NCBI GenBank assembly: GCA_016212885.1
Contig: JACRDO010000132.1
Location: 28,779-92,778, forward strand
Length of the DNA stretch: 64,000 nucleotides
Direction: 5' to 3'
Source of the DNA: Elusimicrobiota bacterium
Lineage (GTDB): Bacteria; Elusimicrobiota; Elusimicrobia; UBA1565
Position numbers and translations under genes: made by a program. The notes under the pieces were generated by a model. It was not told where the DNA came from and made no database searches. It saw nothing but the letters and a program-made list of their open reading frames with translations. Below, one piece after another: positions 15,001 through 18,811 of this stretch (position 1 is the stretch's first letter; every line of letters begins with the position of its first letter).

Positions 15001-17077
15001 CTCCATGACCGCGGTCGGAGACCACGCCGTGGGGGCCGCCATCAACGCCCCCGGCCTGCTGGCCGTGGCCATGCCCAACAGCGTATCGAGCGACAACTTC
15101 CCGTTCGCGTCGGCCGCCTCGAGGGTCGTCACCACACGCGCGGACCTCTTCGTCGTGGGCCAGAACAAGGCGCCGGGCATGCTGATACAGGGCGCCACGA
15201 ACCAGGTGATGCTCAGCCTTCAACTGAGCACGACGGAGCATGCCATCCTCTGGAGCGGGCTCACCGTGCGCTCCTTGGGCACGGCCGCGGACTCGGACAT
15301 CAGCAGCGTGCACATATGGAAGGACGTCAACGCAGACGGCTTCCTGGAGGCGGACATGGACCAGGACATGACCTCCGGGCTCAACGGATTCCTGGGCGGG
15401 TCCGCGGTTGTAAGCCTGATCACCGCGCAGACGATCAGCATGGCTCCCATGCGCTACCTCGTGACGGTGGACGTGGCCAGCTGCGCCTCGCCCTCCGCGA
15501 GCTTCGGGCTTACGCTGGCAGCGACGAACGCCTTCTCCGTGAACGCCCCCAACACGGTCGTGGACTCAGGCTTCCCGATCTCGTCGGTCGTCGTCTCGCT
15601 CAAGAAGAGGGCGGAGCAGCTTCTCGTTTCGCCCTCGGACCTCGTGCCGGCGACCGGGATCAACCAGGGACTCGAGGCCTCCGTCGCCAAGCTCGCCTTG
15701 AGAGCCTCGCGCAACAAGGTGGGCTGGACCCAGGTGAGGCTCGCCCGGATCGGGACCCTCAGCGATTCGGACATCGAGGAGGTCCGCCTCTATCGCGACG
15801 AGGACGCTTCCGGGGCCCTCAGCCCCGCGGATATCCTCATCGGCGCCGGAACCTACAACTCGGGCTCGGCGTCCATCGTGTTCGCCCCCGCCTTCGTGCA
15901 GACGATCACCCTCTCGACCCAGACCTACCTCGTGTCCTACAAGATCAAGCCCTCGGCGACCGTCAATGCCGTCGTCGGGCTCACCGTGGCAGAGTTCACG
16001 GTCGACAACCCGGACAGCGTCTCGCTGACGGGCCTTCCGTTCTCGACTTCGCTCGCGAAGATCCTCGATTCCCGAACGCCGAGCCGGCCCGTCGTGACGG
16101 TGGCTGACGGCGCGTTCAGCAGCAAGTCCGAATACCTGCAGTTCAACTGGCAGTCGAGCGTAGTGCTCGGGTATCTGGCGGGCGCCTTCTACGCGATCGG
16201 AACCACCACGGGAGGGACCGACTTGACGAATGGCTTCAAGCCGATCCGGGTCTCTGAGCTCTCCGTCCGAGCGACGGGCTTTGTCTTGCAAGACCAAACG
16301 ATGTACTACGTCTCCGTGAAGACCCAGTCGAACGAAGGCTGGTTCAGCCCCGTAGGCACCTCGAACGGGGTCTTCATGGACTTCGTCATCCCGCCGACCC
16401 CCGCGGCCAAGATCCACCCCCCCGGGGAGAGCACGCTTCGGGTCAGCTGGGGCTCGGTGACCGGCGGGCTCTCGGGCATCGCCGGCTACCGCATCGAGTA
16501 CCGCCGGGCGCAGAGCCCCGTGTGGTACAACGCGAAGACCAAGCAGCCGATTTCTGAAACCGGAGTCTCGGCAGCCGGAATGGGCGGGAAGGGGCTGCGC
16601 GCCGCGGCTGTCTCGCCCGATGAGCTCGTCACCGGAGTCTCGTACCAGGCCACCGACATGCCAAGCGGAACATTGTACGTGCGCATGCGCGCGTTTTCAA
16701 CCGCGGGCCTGGCCAGCGCGCCGACCGACCCGGAGAAGGTCCAGATGGGGCCGCCGGGGACGGCGGCCATCAGCCAGATATCCTGCGCTCCCAACCCGTT
16801 CGACTCTCGAACAAAGCATGGGTGCATCGTGTACACCCTCAGCCAGGATGCCGACGTGACCATCAGCATCTTCAATGTCTTCGGCGGCCTAATTAAGACC
16901 ATGTCGTATTCGGCCGGGTCCGCCGGCGGGCAGAAGGGGACCACAGATATCACGGCCTGTCCGGTGTTCTGGGACGGGACCGACGAGTCGGGACAGAAGG
17001 TCTCCAAGGGCATCTATCTGGCGGTCATCCAGTCCGGCGGGGCCAAGGAAATCCTGAAGATCGGCGTCATCCACTAG
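1..17077 (+). CDS. Giant cell-surface repeat protein (adhesin-like), 5'-partial (>5686 aa). Domain order: Kelch repeats; FN3; two tandem FG-GAP + ASPIC/UnbV-like blocks each followed by FN3; four LamG (ConA-like lectin) domains; a YDG-type beta-propeller; about 12 tandem Ca-loop beta-sandwich repeats; FN3; T9SS-type / FlgD-Ig-like C-terminal sorting domain.
   Basis: Single uninterrupted ORF 17..17077 in frame 2. The first Met is inside a Kelch repeat unit (MTTARySLAAAA-GKVYAVGG recurs 5 times), so the gene continues upstream of the window. Recurrent AWGDYDNDGxLDLAV motifs (FG-GAP/VCBS-like), W(Q/H)HxAxTY..LY.NG motifs (LamG), a GRLYAG...IYxYDG propeller, and LGTxxDSDI...Y.D.N.NG.xD repeats. 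C-terminus is APNPF...WDGTDESGQKVSKGIYLAVIQ...KEILKIGVIH, typical of the T9SS CTD / FlgD Ig-like fold. Confidence 0.9.
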   Translation, partial: AAKAAMTTARYSLAAAALSGKVYAVGGMGGTQKENEEYDPAANTWASKALMTTARNSLAAAAVGGKVYAVGGTGGTEKENEEYDPNVNTWASKTAMTTARSGLAAAAVGGKIYAVGGSGPSGANEEYDPATNGWTSKTALTIARSGLAAAAVGGKIYAVGGTNGVVLSSAAEYDPGSNTWSARAQMPTARQQLALAATGGKLYALGGIGGANNENKEYDPGFSQKFTGLTPNTLYTFKARGRNASGAETPETPAISTYTLALAPGGLVAASSFTNVASTGVRVNWSSGTPAGYNPIGTLYRLELATAASFTTLAGSSQTYNTYAGLTGLTPSTKPYFARVEAISGAGIPTSWLSLGSLSSGTLQVTISTFAGTAGNSYAIAWGDYDNDGNPDLAVANYGLNILLLRNNGNGTFAQSTILATAGNYTGIAWGDTDNDGLLDLAVAVNVGDEFILHNDGGGAFTPNTLTGSGGNSYAVAWGDYDNDGRLDLAVANDLAQDDYVARNNGNGTFAIVPLTQTLGNSRGIAWGDYNNDGYLDLAIGNTDKDVVIVRNNNGVSFSTFAVTGSGFANGGIAWGDYDKDGYLDLAFALNTGIVVLRNNGGDGTFAKNTISAPGSNAGVAWTDYNGDGRLDLAVSRSGGQAQILLRNDGGVSFTTVTFAGSAGGAVRGFSLGNFDLSGGPDIALANDGGSDELLLHNDDQLAHAAPGAPSAGFSATLQEYSLFSSSGILALSWGNGTDAETSTAALRYLLRIGTTVAGSSTTCKIPAKFGLDAGASGGSFLYSTRISSAAAGLRLILQKETTVYWAVMTQDGEGLRSAESAEQTAFLAAPGLVTDLRVSAIVSTGLGASSMTVTLQWTAPGDNGYSGAITNGAFEIRCSTTEAILSTSAYAAAQVAVSLATSVVPGALQTHSIPYLNAAATHYFALTMKDGFGARSALSNPATAQSYVLRLPASAGNLYGLAWGDYDGDGRPDMALSYYGGSVVLMHNDGSGAFTQTTVPGTSGSNTGVAWGDFNSDGRLDLAVAVDGSDEYVLRNNGDGTFTNVPVTGSGGRSYAVAWGDYDNDGLLDLAVANETAQDDLIARNNGNGTFTLVPLTQTIGNSRGAAWGDFNNDGFLDLAIANTDKDVVLARNLGNGTFSTGTIGGTGVSTAAAWGDYNNDNYLDLAVANSDGVALMRNKGDGTFAKVWIAGTAGNNAGLAWADFNNNGFLDLLVSRPGGSAQLLLRNNGDGTFTQTLLPLPGSNVVNVSWGDFDADGDLDIAAGSRGWIDAFIFRNDAALAHNAPAAPVSGFSATFQEYAAFSSTGVLTLSWGDASDVETPTSALNYLVRAGTVVSGSSATLKIPFNYGLDGAAGGGSFPYGTRVSALQRGLKFAGFSKGATIYWAVAAEDGEALRSGESAEQTANLTPPASVNNLAAAQDAAVETSSVSWVRLTWTVPGENGTSNPLLPGARYDLRWSTVAPVALESDYNRAPNQSLIPADGESPGATHTQLLAVTAGKTYYFAMTTLDSCNSRSGLSNAANIPMTAWLQEVITDAAPPAALQGDTTAFLKLRLWTNLGSLSWTKLRVRKLGTLPDAAVKNVAIYGDANTNGIFDSGDTAALYSGVPAVFASSAVTLAVQTVGQTISNSTRTYFLTLQLEPSYLPQDGSTAALKLDGEAFSVIGGGVLGTDFPGLLLDGIDDRVRASDSAVLDPPNQITLDAWVRTTDPGPNRSIITHSNASGTDGYRLWLNGSTCGAGVPTLFIGPSVLCANRGGSPVSIADDRWHQVSAVYSIAGGLGQLMFIDGEMLSTGPVTGSISDSASELGVGGPNNYAGNYLNGKIDEARISQTARYTSSFIPWRRSDTDYNTVLQYHFDAMDGTGTVVTDAAGQVTGILDGQARGYGRSTATVVVDAQDMMMSSATSLLPDTLYRNAVNVPVLKLQLWASQDNVIINRLSVAQTGTGASAGVANLRLYRDNGDGYFQPTLDQSLTLGQVFSVNKATFDLLGATPPAPQQVWSSTKTYFVVWDVTGGAETGKSLGLAISTDDFVLAGATDAVSTAAFPLRASTVPVVSARVYVTPETPPSAWVNVSSLVFIGDFTLGNVDHFYYLFDQNPGTQINGGGSETLWTIGKATATATADGSSWYFHVRAFDYLGQGGTQTDFGPYFVDRTRPTGASFVHFNSTGGALGQSQVNDLAQPVTAQLSVQDSGAGLNVVGPAPLAPSPGTVSLWRLDDTSGAVWKDSGPASISLSSVGVVSRGAGRFGSGVLLAGSGDLRSASPAGLPTGAVPRAIEAWINPVSTQGTLGLVSWGTSGAGTLMRFSMVSGQLAADMGGITVSGGPVLSTGVWQHAAFSYDGSAARLYLNGALAASQSVGALATALGTLFIGATESGGRFWGSIDEVRIMNSALADGQVYDDCTRGHPYFVAFSSSAGSSWQVVVATGAGAGARVGLDGAHGSTGPQTLKVKGLPLNVSTSSAAGALATNQVIFYQTDRAGNTNILGPYGILVDTNPQVAYSTPILPGDGMYTGARPWFEWTGPSTAITAGMGGANGLGGSFYLQVSSNDPTFADPNIVLSISTPAIMGDNTLPKVYGVYLSTHSLGEGATYYWRIRSKSFLDVLGPWGPWKSFVVDASTPAAANYRMYSATGGVVLEGQYTDLMLGVTAQTTVTDNLSGFSKSFRFDPAAGTVALWHFSERDGLAPKDASGNNNTAALLGISGGPPGYRTSPFGAGLRCGGSHVFRTSNAQFDFPANSNMTFEAWVNPDDVSGIQALGGVGSVTFPGGNWLLRISDGRLFFSNNTGFINSPAMMSAGVWQHIAMTLRGARVAFYINGVQVAAGLSGSGGNSGGPSVQPFTLCAAVDNDGVTYQSPYSGMIDEVRVLNYAADPLQIAADYAATLSGIYAVEYSTTAGASWIVVSATAPASGWAHLELGGSEGSVGPEAWSVRNLQLVHSTSAAIGYQATNQIRFSVPDRAGNTRLSGPYAAIVDTTVAAAVSTPSYPANGAFLTQQPNFLWSGPSTKTASGMGLAASYFLEAAADPAFASPVISISTPVIIQSTFAAATFGAYLSTYTLMDATTYYWRVRSRDFLGLLSPPLSVSSFVTDLGAPAGSAFRSFNSTGGATAEDLVNNLTSNVTAYVTFQDPGSGLKVSPAAGAMPFGVIYSTTGGAGNSAWVDGGRTAEGGLPESWWDPTVATITALATFQSRLYAGAAGPGRTFEYDGTQWSQSGTFPSDVLTLKEFRGKLYAGLSGGSVYSFDGISWNLAASLPAARVNALAEHNGRLYAATGAEGQIFAFDPDAGGWYEVFRATEPEFFSLKSYNGRLFAGAGPDIYSFDGSTWTVTNWIGGSARAFEVYRGRLYAGTNISGYIYAYDGSVWTRPLDISEDFNRALGVFGGRLYLGASLPSNGRIYMYDGNTGPGGLLVYTLPTPADSIYAIASYGNRLYLGGTSPSGAKVYVSTPLAVSLTGLDGAKTPEQLKITGLNPIQSVNANICNGNWACTATNQVRFTAADQAGNIGQAGPFAILVDPSLSPPTALYPPSGSFVRSSSPTFVWAESSAMSIHNVQVSSQAAFTNLSLDSIANTPAYTSPVALANATTYYWQVRSRSPSGIYSAFSAVNAFVMDLSRPTTSVFLHFGSTGGPLAESQFGNLAAGVTVEITLQDIVSGLDRGPRRQPVSGAAALYPFDEGFGMYASGLGGEYRLAFSSGASWAPGLISSAVLTGGATYLYNASPNYNPAWPAVGLPIAGGTRTIEAWIYPLDGQGGGILHYSDFRLHISGSCSGPVPGNSYLCVNASQGAAYTFTPSQWHHVAYTYAGGTHTLYADGILLGSFQQMLNTPGAGPIFVGTATDCGAFRGRIDELRILAKALSAAEVDSGYRLSGAFRVSYSSDGGANWTVVTATAPAWGPHLVLSGPPGSTAPQTLRLENFSLAQSTILATGAYGTNQVVFSVSDQAGNEATAGPFTVLVQTSVPQPILTSLTPRSTESIFATAIATDPLSGVMEYRFEASPNKTFAPPVSTSPWVAVSTYLPTALLGWASASSYTFTGLASATTYYVRVTVHDNLSNLSPPSDVGKVAGFAVDAATSTYGSVFFSTKSVAPASALQNTDVAMLKFMLATPLGSSSQFYSLTVRKTGTAPDAAMQKALIAIDNNGDGIYTKGVDAVLAEAPFTNSVATLSLAAAGNSENLGPALKTFFIAYRVTTDAQPGLTVGVDNITEADFGLQFPSRAEGPFPTNVPLIPIADGPNALTVTAFNLAPAEVQPNTLNVALLRLSAATDTGTSIISTMTWRLQASQPFNQLTGLTLWRDKNGNGLFEPGIDERVTSGNDSFTNGYSTMALTTPEISSRTVKTSAVNYFLSANVSASAPQGTTFRIALSTPPDVRLENPLDTVSFTQIPIITSSCTIIQNNIVWISTTDLSPGAYGQTYFQGNLYSVLRATLSVDIGFAEINQVTMDRTGDAQQDDVQYVAVYRDQNLDGGPLNPVVDVFLGSAMFDPLKKATIDITTATVAAGATTVFFIAYQINPAASPGRTLGGSMTNSSYFHTSNPASVVSSVTMDGSSLFEIKTATAQIEATQNQMKIPLAQSAAPGAIDQVANDIGMLRVDMVSDRNNFNWLSLIVRSIGTALDSDVRNVRVFRDDGNGLFSASSDTAISDISQTFTGGQVNIPLSIPQAVTGSTQTYFVTLSLNPSAVPGRTVGVVIPSTASFNVSSPNKVSSQTALGPFAGGPVAINQFANTIAVSTRGITPPLGAVPGARNVGLLDLTLKTNVSNAGWAGLKIDQAGSASDSDITEVKVYYDLNNSGFFDPANTQQYLLVSSTGQRFGQVQAGSVDIVFPSTPSLGPAPQRYFVAVDLADDATPGKTVALRAISKDYFVPVAPNQFGPVSFNSQPPMDQVEIKAPPALMYVLGTSSAPAEVAQGTANVVMAALKVWMSSYTGQWTQLSVDRSGAGIDSDISGVKLFYDTNGNGRLDVMTDERISTASFIGGTAALMFSTQTITTSSRTYYLTYDLSMTAVGDHAVGAAINAPGLLAVAMPNSVSSDNFPFASAASRVVTTRADLFVVGQNKAPGMLIQGATNQVMLSLQLSTTEHAILWSGLTVRSLGTAADSDISSVHIWKDVNADGFLEADMDQDMTSGLNGFLGGSAVVSLITAQTISMAPMRYLVTVDVASCASPSASFGLTLAATNAFSVNAPNTVVDSGFPISSVVVSLKKRAEQLLVSPSDLVPATGINQGLEASVAKLALRASRNKVGWTQVRLARIGTLSDSDIEEVRLYRDEDASGALSPADILIGAGTYNSGSASIVFAPAFVQTITLSTQTYLVSYKIKPSATVNAVVGLTVAEFTVDNPDSVSLTGLPFSTSLAKILDSRTPSRPVVTVADGAFSSKSEYLQFNWQSSVVLGYLAGAFYAIGTTTGGTDLTNGFKPIRVSELSVRATGFVLQDQTMYYVSVKTQSNEGWFSPVGTSNGVFMDFVIPPTPAAKIHPPGESTLRVSWGSVTGGLSGIAGYRIEYRRAQSPVWYNAKTKQPISETGVSAAGMGGKGLRAAAVSPDELVTGVSYQATDMPSGTLYVRMRAFSTAGLASAPTDPEKVQMGPPGTAAISQISCAPNPFDSRTKHGCIVYTLSQDADVTISIFNVFGGLIKTMSYSAGSAGGQKGTTDITACPVFWDGTDESGQKVSKGIYLAVIQSGGAKEILKIGVIH
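1090..4600 (+). repeat. Internal tandem duplication inside the giant gene: two consecutive units of about 1.75 kb, each encoding about 10 FG-GAP repeats, an ASPIC/UnbV-like module and an FN3 domain.
   Basis: Near-colinear protein blocks. Example: AWGDYDNDGRLDLAVANDLAQDDYVARNNGNGTFAIVPLTQTLGNSRGIAWGDYNNDGYLDLAIGNTDKDVV compared with AWGDYDNDGLLDLAVANETAQDDLIARNNGNGTFTLVPLTQTIGNSRGAAWGDFNNDGFLDLAIANTDKDVV. The HNxxxAHxAPxAPxSGFSATxQEY...YWAV..DGEALRSxESAEQT module occurs at about nt 2090-2470 and again at about nt 3840-4210. Confidence 0.8.
12180..16060 (+). repeat. Array of about 12 tandem beta-sandwich repeats of about 110 aa inside the giant gene, each with a DxNxNGxxD calcium-binding-like loop (CARDB/Calx-like adhesin repeats).
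   Basis: Periodic recurrence of the motifs ...LS(V/L)xRSG(T/A)..DSDIxxVK(L/V)(F/Y)xDxNxNGxxD...TYY(L/V)T... Confidence 0.7.
16790..17077 (+). other. C-terminal sorting domain of the giant protein (T9SS type A CTD / FlgD Ig-like).
   Basis: Last ~95 aa: ISCAPNPFDSRTKHGCIVYTLSQDADVTISIFNVFGGLIKTMSYS...CPVFWDGTDESGQKVSKGIYLAVIQSGGAKEILKIGVIH. It carries the (Y/A)PNPF start, the WDGxDxxGxxVxxGxY core and a Lys-rich beta-strand end. Confidence 0.65.
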
Positions 17078-17168
17078 CACCCCTGAGAAGCGCTGAAATA
17101 TCCTGATTTTTTCGAGCCCCGGAATTCCGAAGTTTCCTCATGATTTCTTCGTGATTTAAGCCGATCCG

Positions 17169-17186
17169 CCGCTAAACTAATAGCGG
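17169..17186 (+). promoter_or_regulatory. Inverted repeat CCGCTA-aactaa-TAGCGG (6-bp stem, 6-nt loop) 10 nt upstream of the ATG of the PorV/PorQ-like gene. It overlaps the only purine-rich (GGGGA) candidate Shine-Dalgarno sequence and may control translation initiation.
   Basis: Read directly from the sequence ...tccgCCGCTAaactaaTAGCGGggacggactATG. It sits in a 118-bp AT-richer intergenic spacer after the giant gene. Confidence 0.3.
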
Positions 17187-17195
17187 GGACGGACT

Positions 17196-18773
17196 ATGTT
17201 CGCAAGGTTTATTCCATTGGCGCTTCTGGCTCTGGCGCTGCGGGCCTCGCCCGCGTGGGCCCAGGCGATCGGAGGCCAGCCCGGCGAGATATTCTCCTTC
17301 GGGGCCGGGGCCCGGGCGCTCGCCATGGGCTCGGCCTACACGGCCGTGGTCAACGACGTATCTTCGGTCTACTACAACCCCGCCGGGCTCGGGCTTCTGC
17401 CGGCGCGGGAGATCTCCCTCATGCGGGCGTTCCTCTACGGGGATGCGACCTACGACTACATCGCCTACGCGCAAAACAACCGCAAGAACGCCGGCGGCTG
17501 GGGCGCCGAGTTCATCCAGTTCAAGGTCGGCGGGGCGAGCGGGCGCGACCAGGACAACAACGAGACCGGGCAGTTCGGCTACTCTGAAAGAGCCTTCGGC
17601 CTCGCGGCAGCCTGGCGCGGGCTCCTGCACCCGCGGCTCTCCCTCGGCGCCAAGGTGAAGATGATGCAGCGCGGCTTCAGCGGCGCCGGCAACGCCGCCT
17701 CCGACAGGCTCTTTGGCATCGACTTCGGCGCGCAGATGGGGCCGTGGGTCGGCGAGCGCCTCATGCTCGGACTCATAGTGCAGAATGTGATGGGCTTCAA
17801 GCAGGGCGACACGGAGGATTCCCTCAAGCTGCTGCTGCGCCTCGGCGCGGCCTACAAGGTCATCGGGCCGCTCTCCGTCGCGGCCGATGTCTCCAACAAC
17901 AGGGAGTTCCGCGTGGGGACGGAGTACTCCATCGGGTTCCTGGCTCTCCGGGTCGGCCTCGCCCAGCAGGGCATGACCTTCGGCGGAGGGCTGCTCTTCA
18001 AGAACCGTTATTCCGTGGACCTGGCGATGCTCAACCATCCGACCCTCGGCATGTCGCAGAGGATCTCGCTCGGCTACCGGTTCGCCGGCGCCGCGGGCGC
18101 GGGCGAGAAGTCGAAGAAGATGCGGTTCTACGCCGAGGAGTTCCTCGCCAACGCCCAGGCCGAGCTGAAGAAGAGGAACTACCTCAAAGCCCTCAACGAC
18201 TTCTCCGCCGGCCTCGGCATCGACCCCAAGCGCGGGGCCGAGTGGCGCTCGAAGACCGACCGCCTGCGCCGGCTCCTCAAGCGGATGGGCCTCGAGGCCC
18301 ATCCGGAGGACAGCGCCACGCTCGCAGAGGACTCGCAGCCCGCCGTCGTAGCTTTCGCGGCCATAGAATCCTACATGGGCCGGGAGGAGGAGCGGGCGAT
18401 GACTCTGGCCCACGCGGCGGTCGGCCTGGATACCGCCAAGGGCGCCTTCGGACGGCTGCTCGACTCGCTGGCAGCGCTGACGGGACATGCGATCCAGCGC
18501 GACCAGCTCCTGCCGCCGCTGCGGCTGGCGGAGTTCAAGATGAAGCGGGCCATGGACGCCATCTATGCCCGCAGGTTCGAGGCGGCCGTGACCCTGCTTC
18601 GCGAAGCCCTCTGGCTCGACCCCGGCAACGTCATGGCCTGGACCCGGCTCGGCTCGGCCTTCTTCGCCTCCGGGGACCGCCCGAAGGCCGCGGAGGCGTA
18701 CCGAGAGGCGCTCCGGCTCAACCCGGCCGATGAGAAGCTGAGGCAGTTCGTCAGGTCCCAGGGGTTGGAGTAA
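17196..18773 (+). CDS. Outer-membrane PorV/PorQ-family-like beta-barrel protein with a C-terminal TPR repeat domain (525 aa).
   Basis: Signal peptide MFARFIPLALLALALRASPAWAQ. N-terminal hallmark GARALAMGSAYTAVVNDVSSVYYNPAGLG (the PorV/PorQ/FadL-like motif G.R.LAMGGAY.A..D.SA.YYNPAGL). Alternating beta-strand pattern to about residue 305. C-terminal ~220 aa is TPR-like (AWTRLGSAFFASGDRPKAAEAYREALRLNP). Lies directly 3' of a CTD-bearing giant protein. Confidence 0.6.
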   Translation: MFARFIPLALLALALRASPAWAQAIGGQPGEIFSFGAGARALAMGSAYTAVVNDVSSVYYNPAGLGLLPAREISLMRAFLYGDATYDYIAYAQNNRKNAGGWGAEFIQFKVGGASGRDQDNNETGQFGYSERAFGLAAAWRGLLHPRLSLGAKVKMMQRGFSGAGNAASDRLFGIDFGAQMGPWVGERLMLGLIVQNVMGFKQGDTEDSLKLLLRLGAAYKVIGPLSVAADVSNNREFRVGTEYSIGFLALRVGLAQQGMTFGGGLLFKNRYSVDLAMLNHPTLGMSQRISLGYRFAGAAGAGEKSKKMRFYAEEFLANAQAELKKRNYLKALNDFSAGLGIDPKRGAEWRSKTDRLRRLLKRMGLEAHPEDSATLAEDSQPAVVAFAAIESYMGREEERAMTLAHAAVGLDTAKGAFGRLLDSLAALTGHAIQRDQLLPPLRLAEFKMKRAMDAIYARRFEAAVTLLREALWLDPGNVMAWTRLGSAFFASGDRPKAAEAYREALRLNPADEKLRQFVRSQGLE

Positions 18774-18792
18774 CAAAAAGGCAATGAAAGCC

Positions 18793-18810
18793 CCGGCTTT
18801 TTCCTGCATA
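18793..18810 (+). terminator. Weak candidate intrinsic terminator or attenuator (short GC stem AAAGCC..GGCTTT followed by a T5 run) between the PorV-like gene and the histidine-kinase-FliG gene.
   Basis: gaAAGCCccGGCTTTTTcc, read from the sequence. The stem is short with a tight loop, so partial termination at most. Confidence 0.2.
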
Positions 18811-18811
18811 C

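Noticed and set aside
2132-15313. Long antisense or alternate-frame ORFs inside the giant gene (for example 4159..7206 +, 7555..9801 +, 7988..9799 -, 10592..12148 -, 10624..13458 +, 12335..15313 -, 14785..16107 +)
   Set aside because: Arg/Gly/Pro/Ala-rich, low-complexity translations with no motifs, typical of open frames in ~70% GC DNA. They overlap a well-supported repeat-protein frame.
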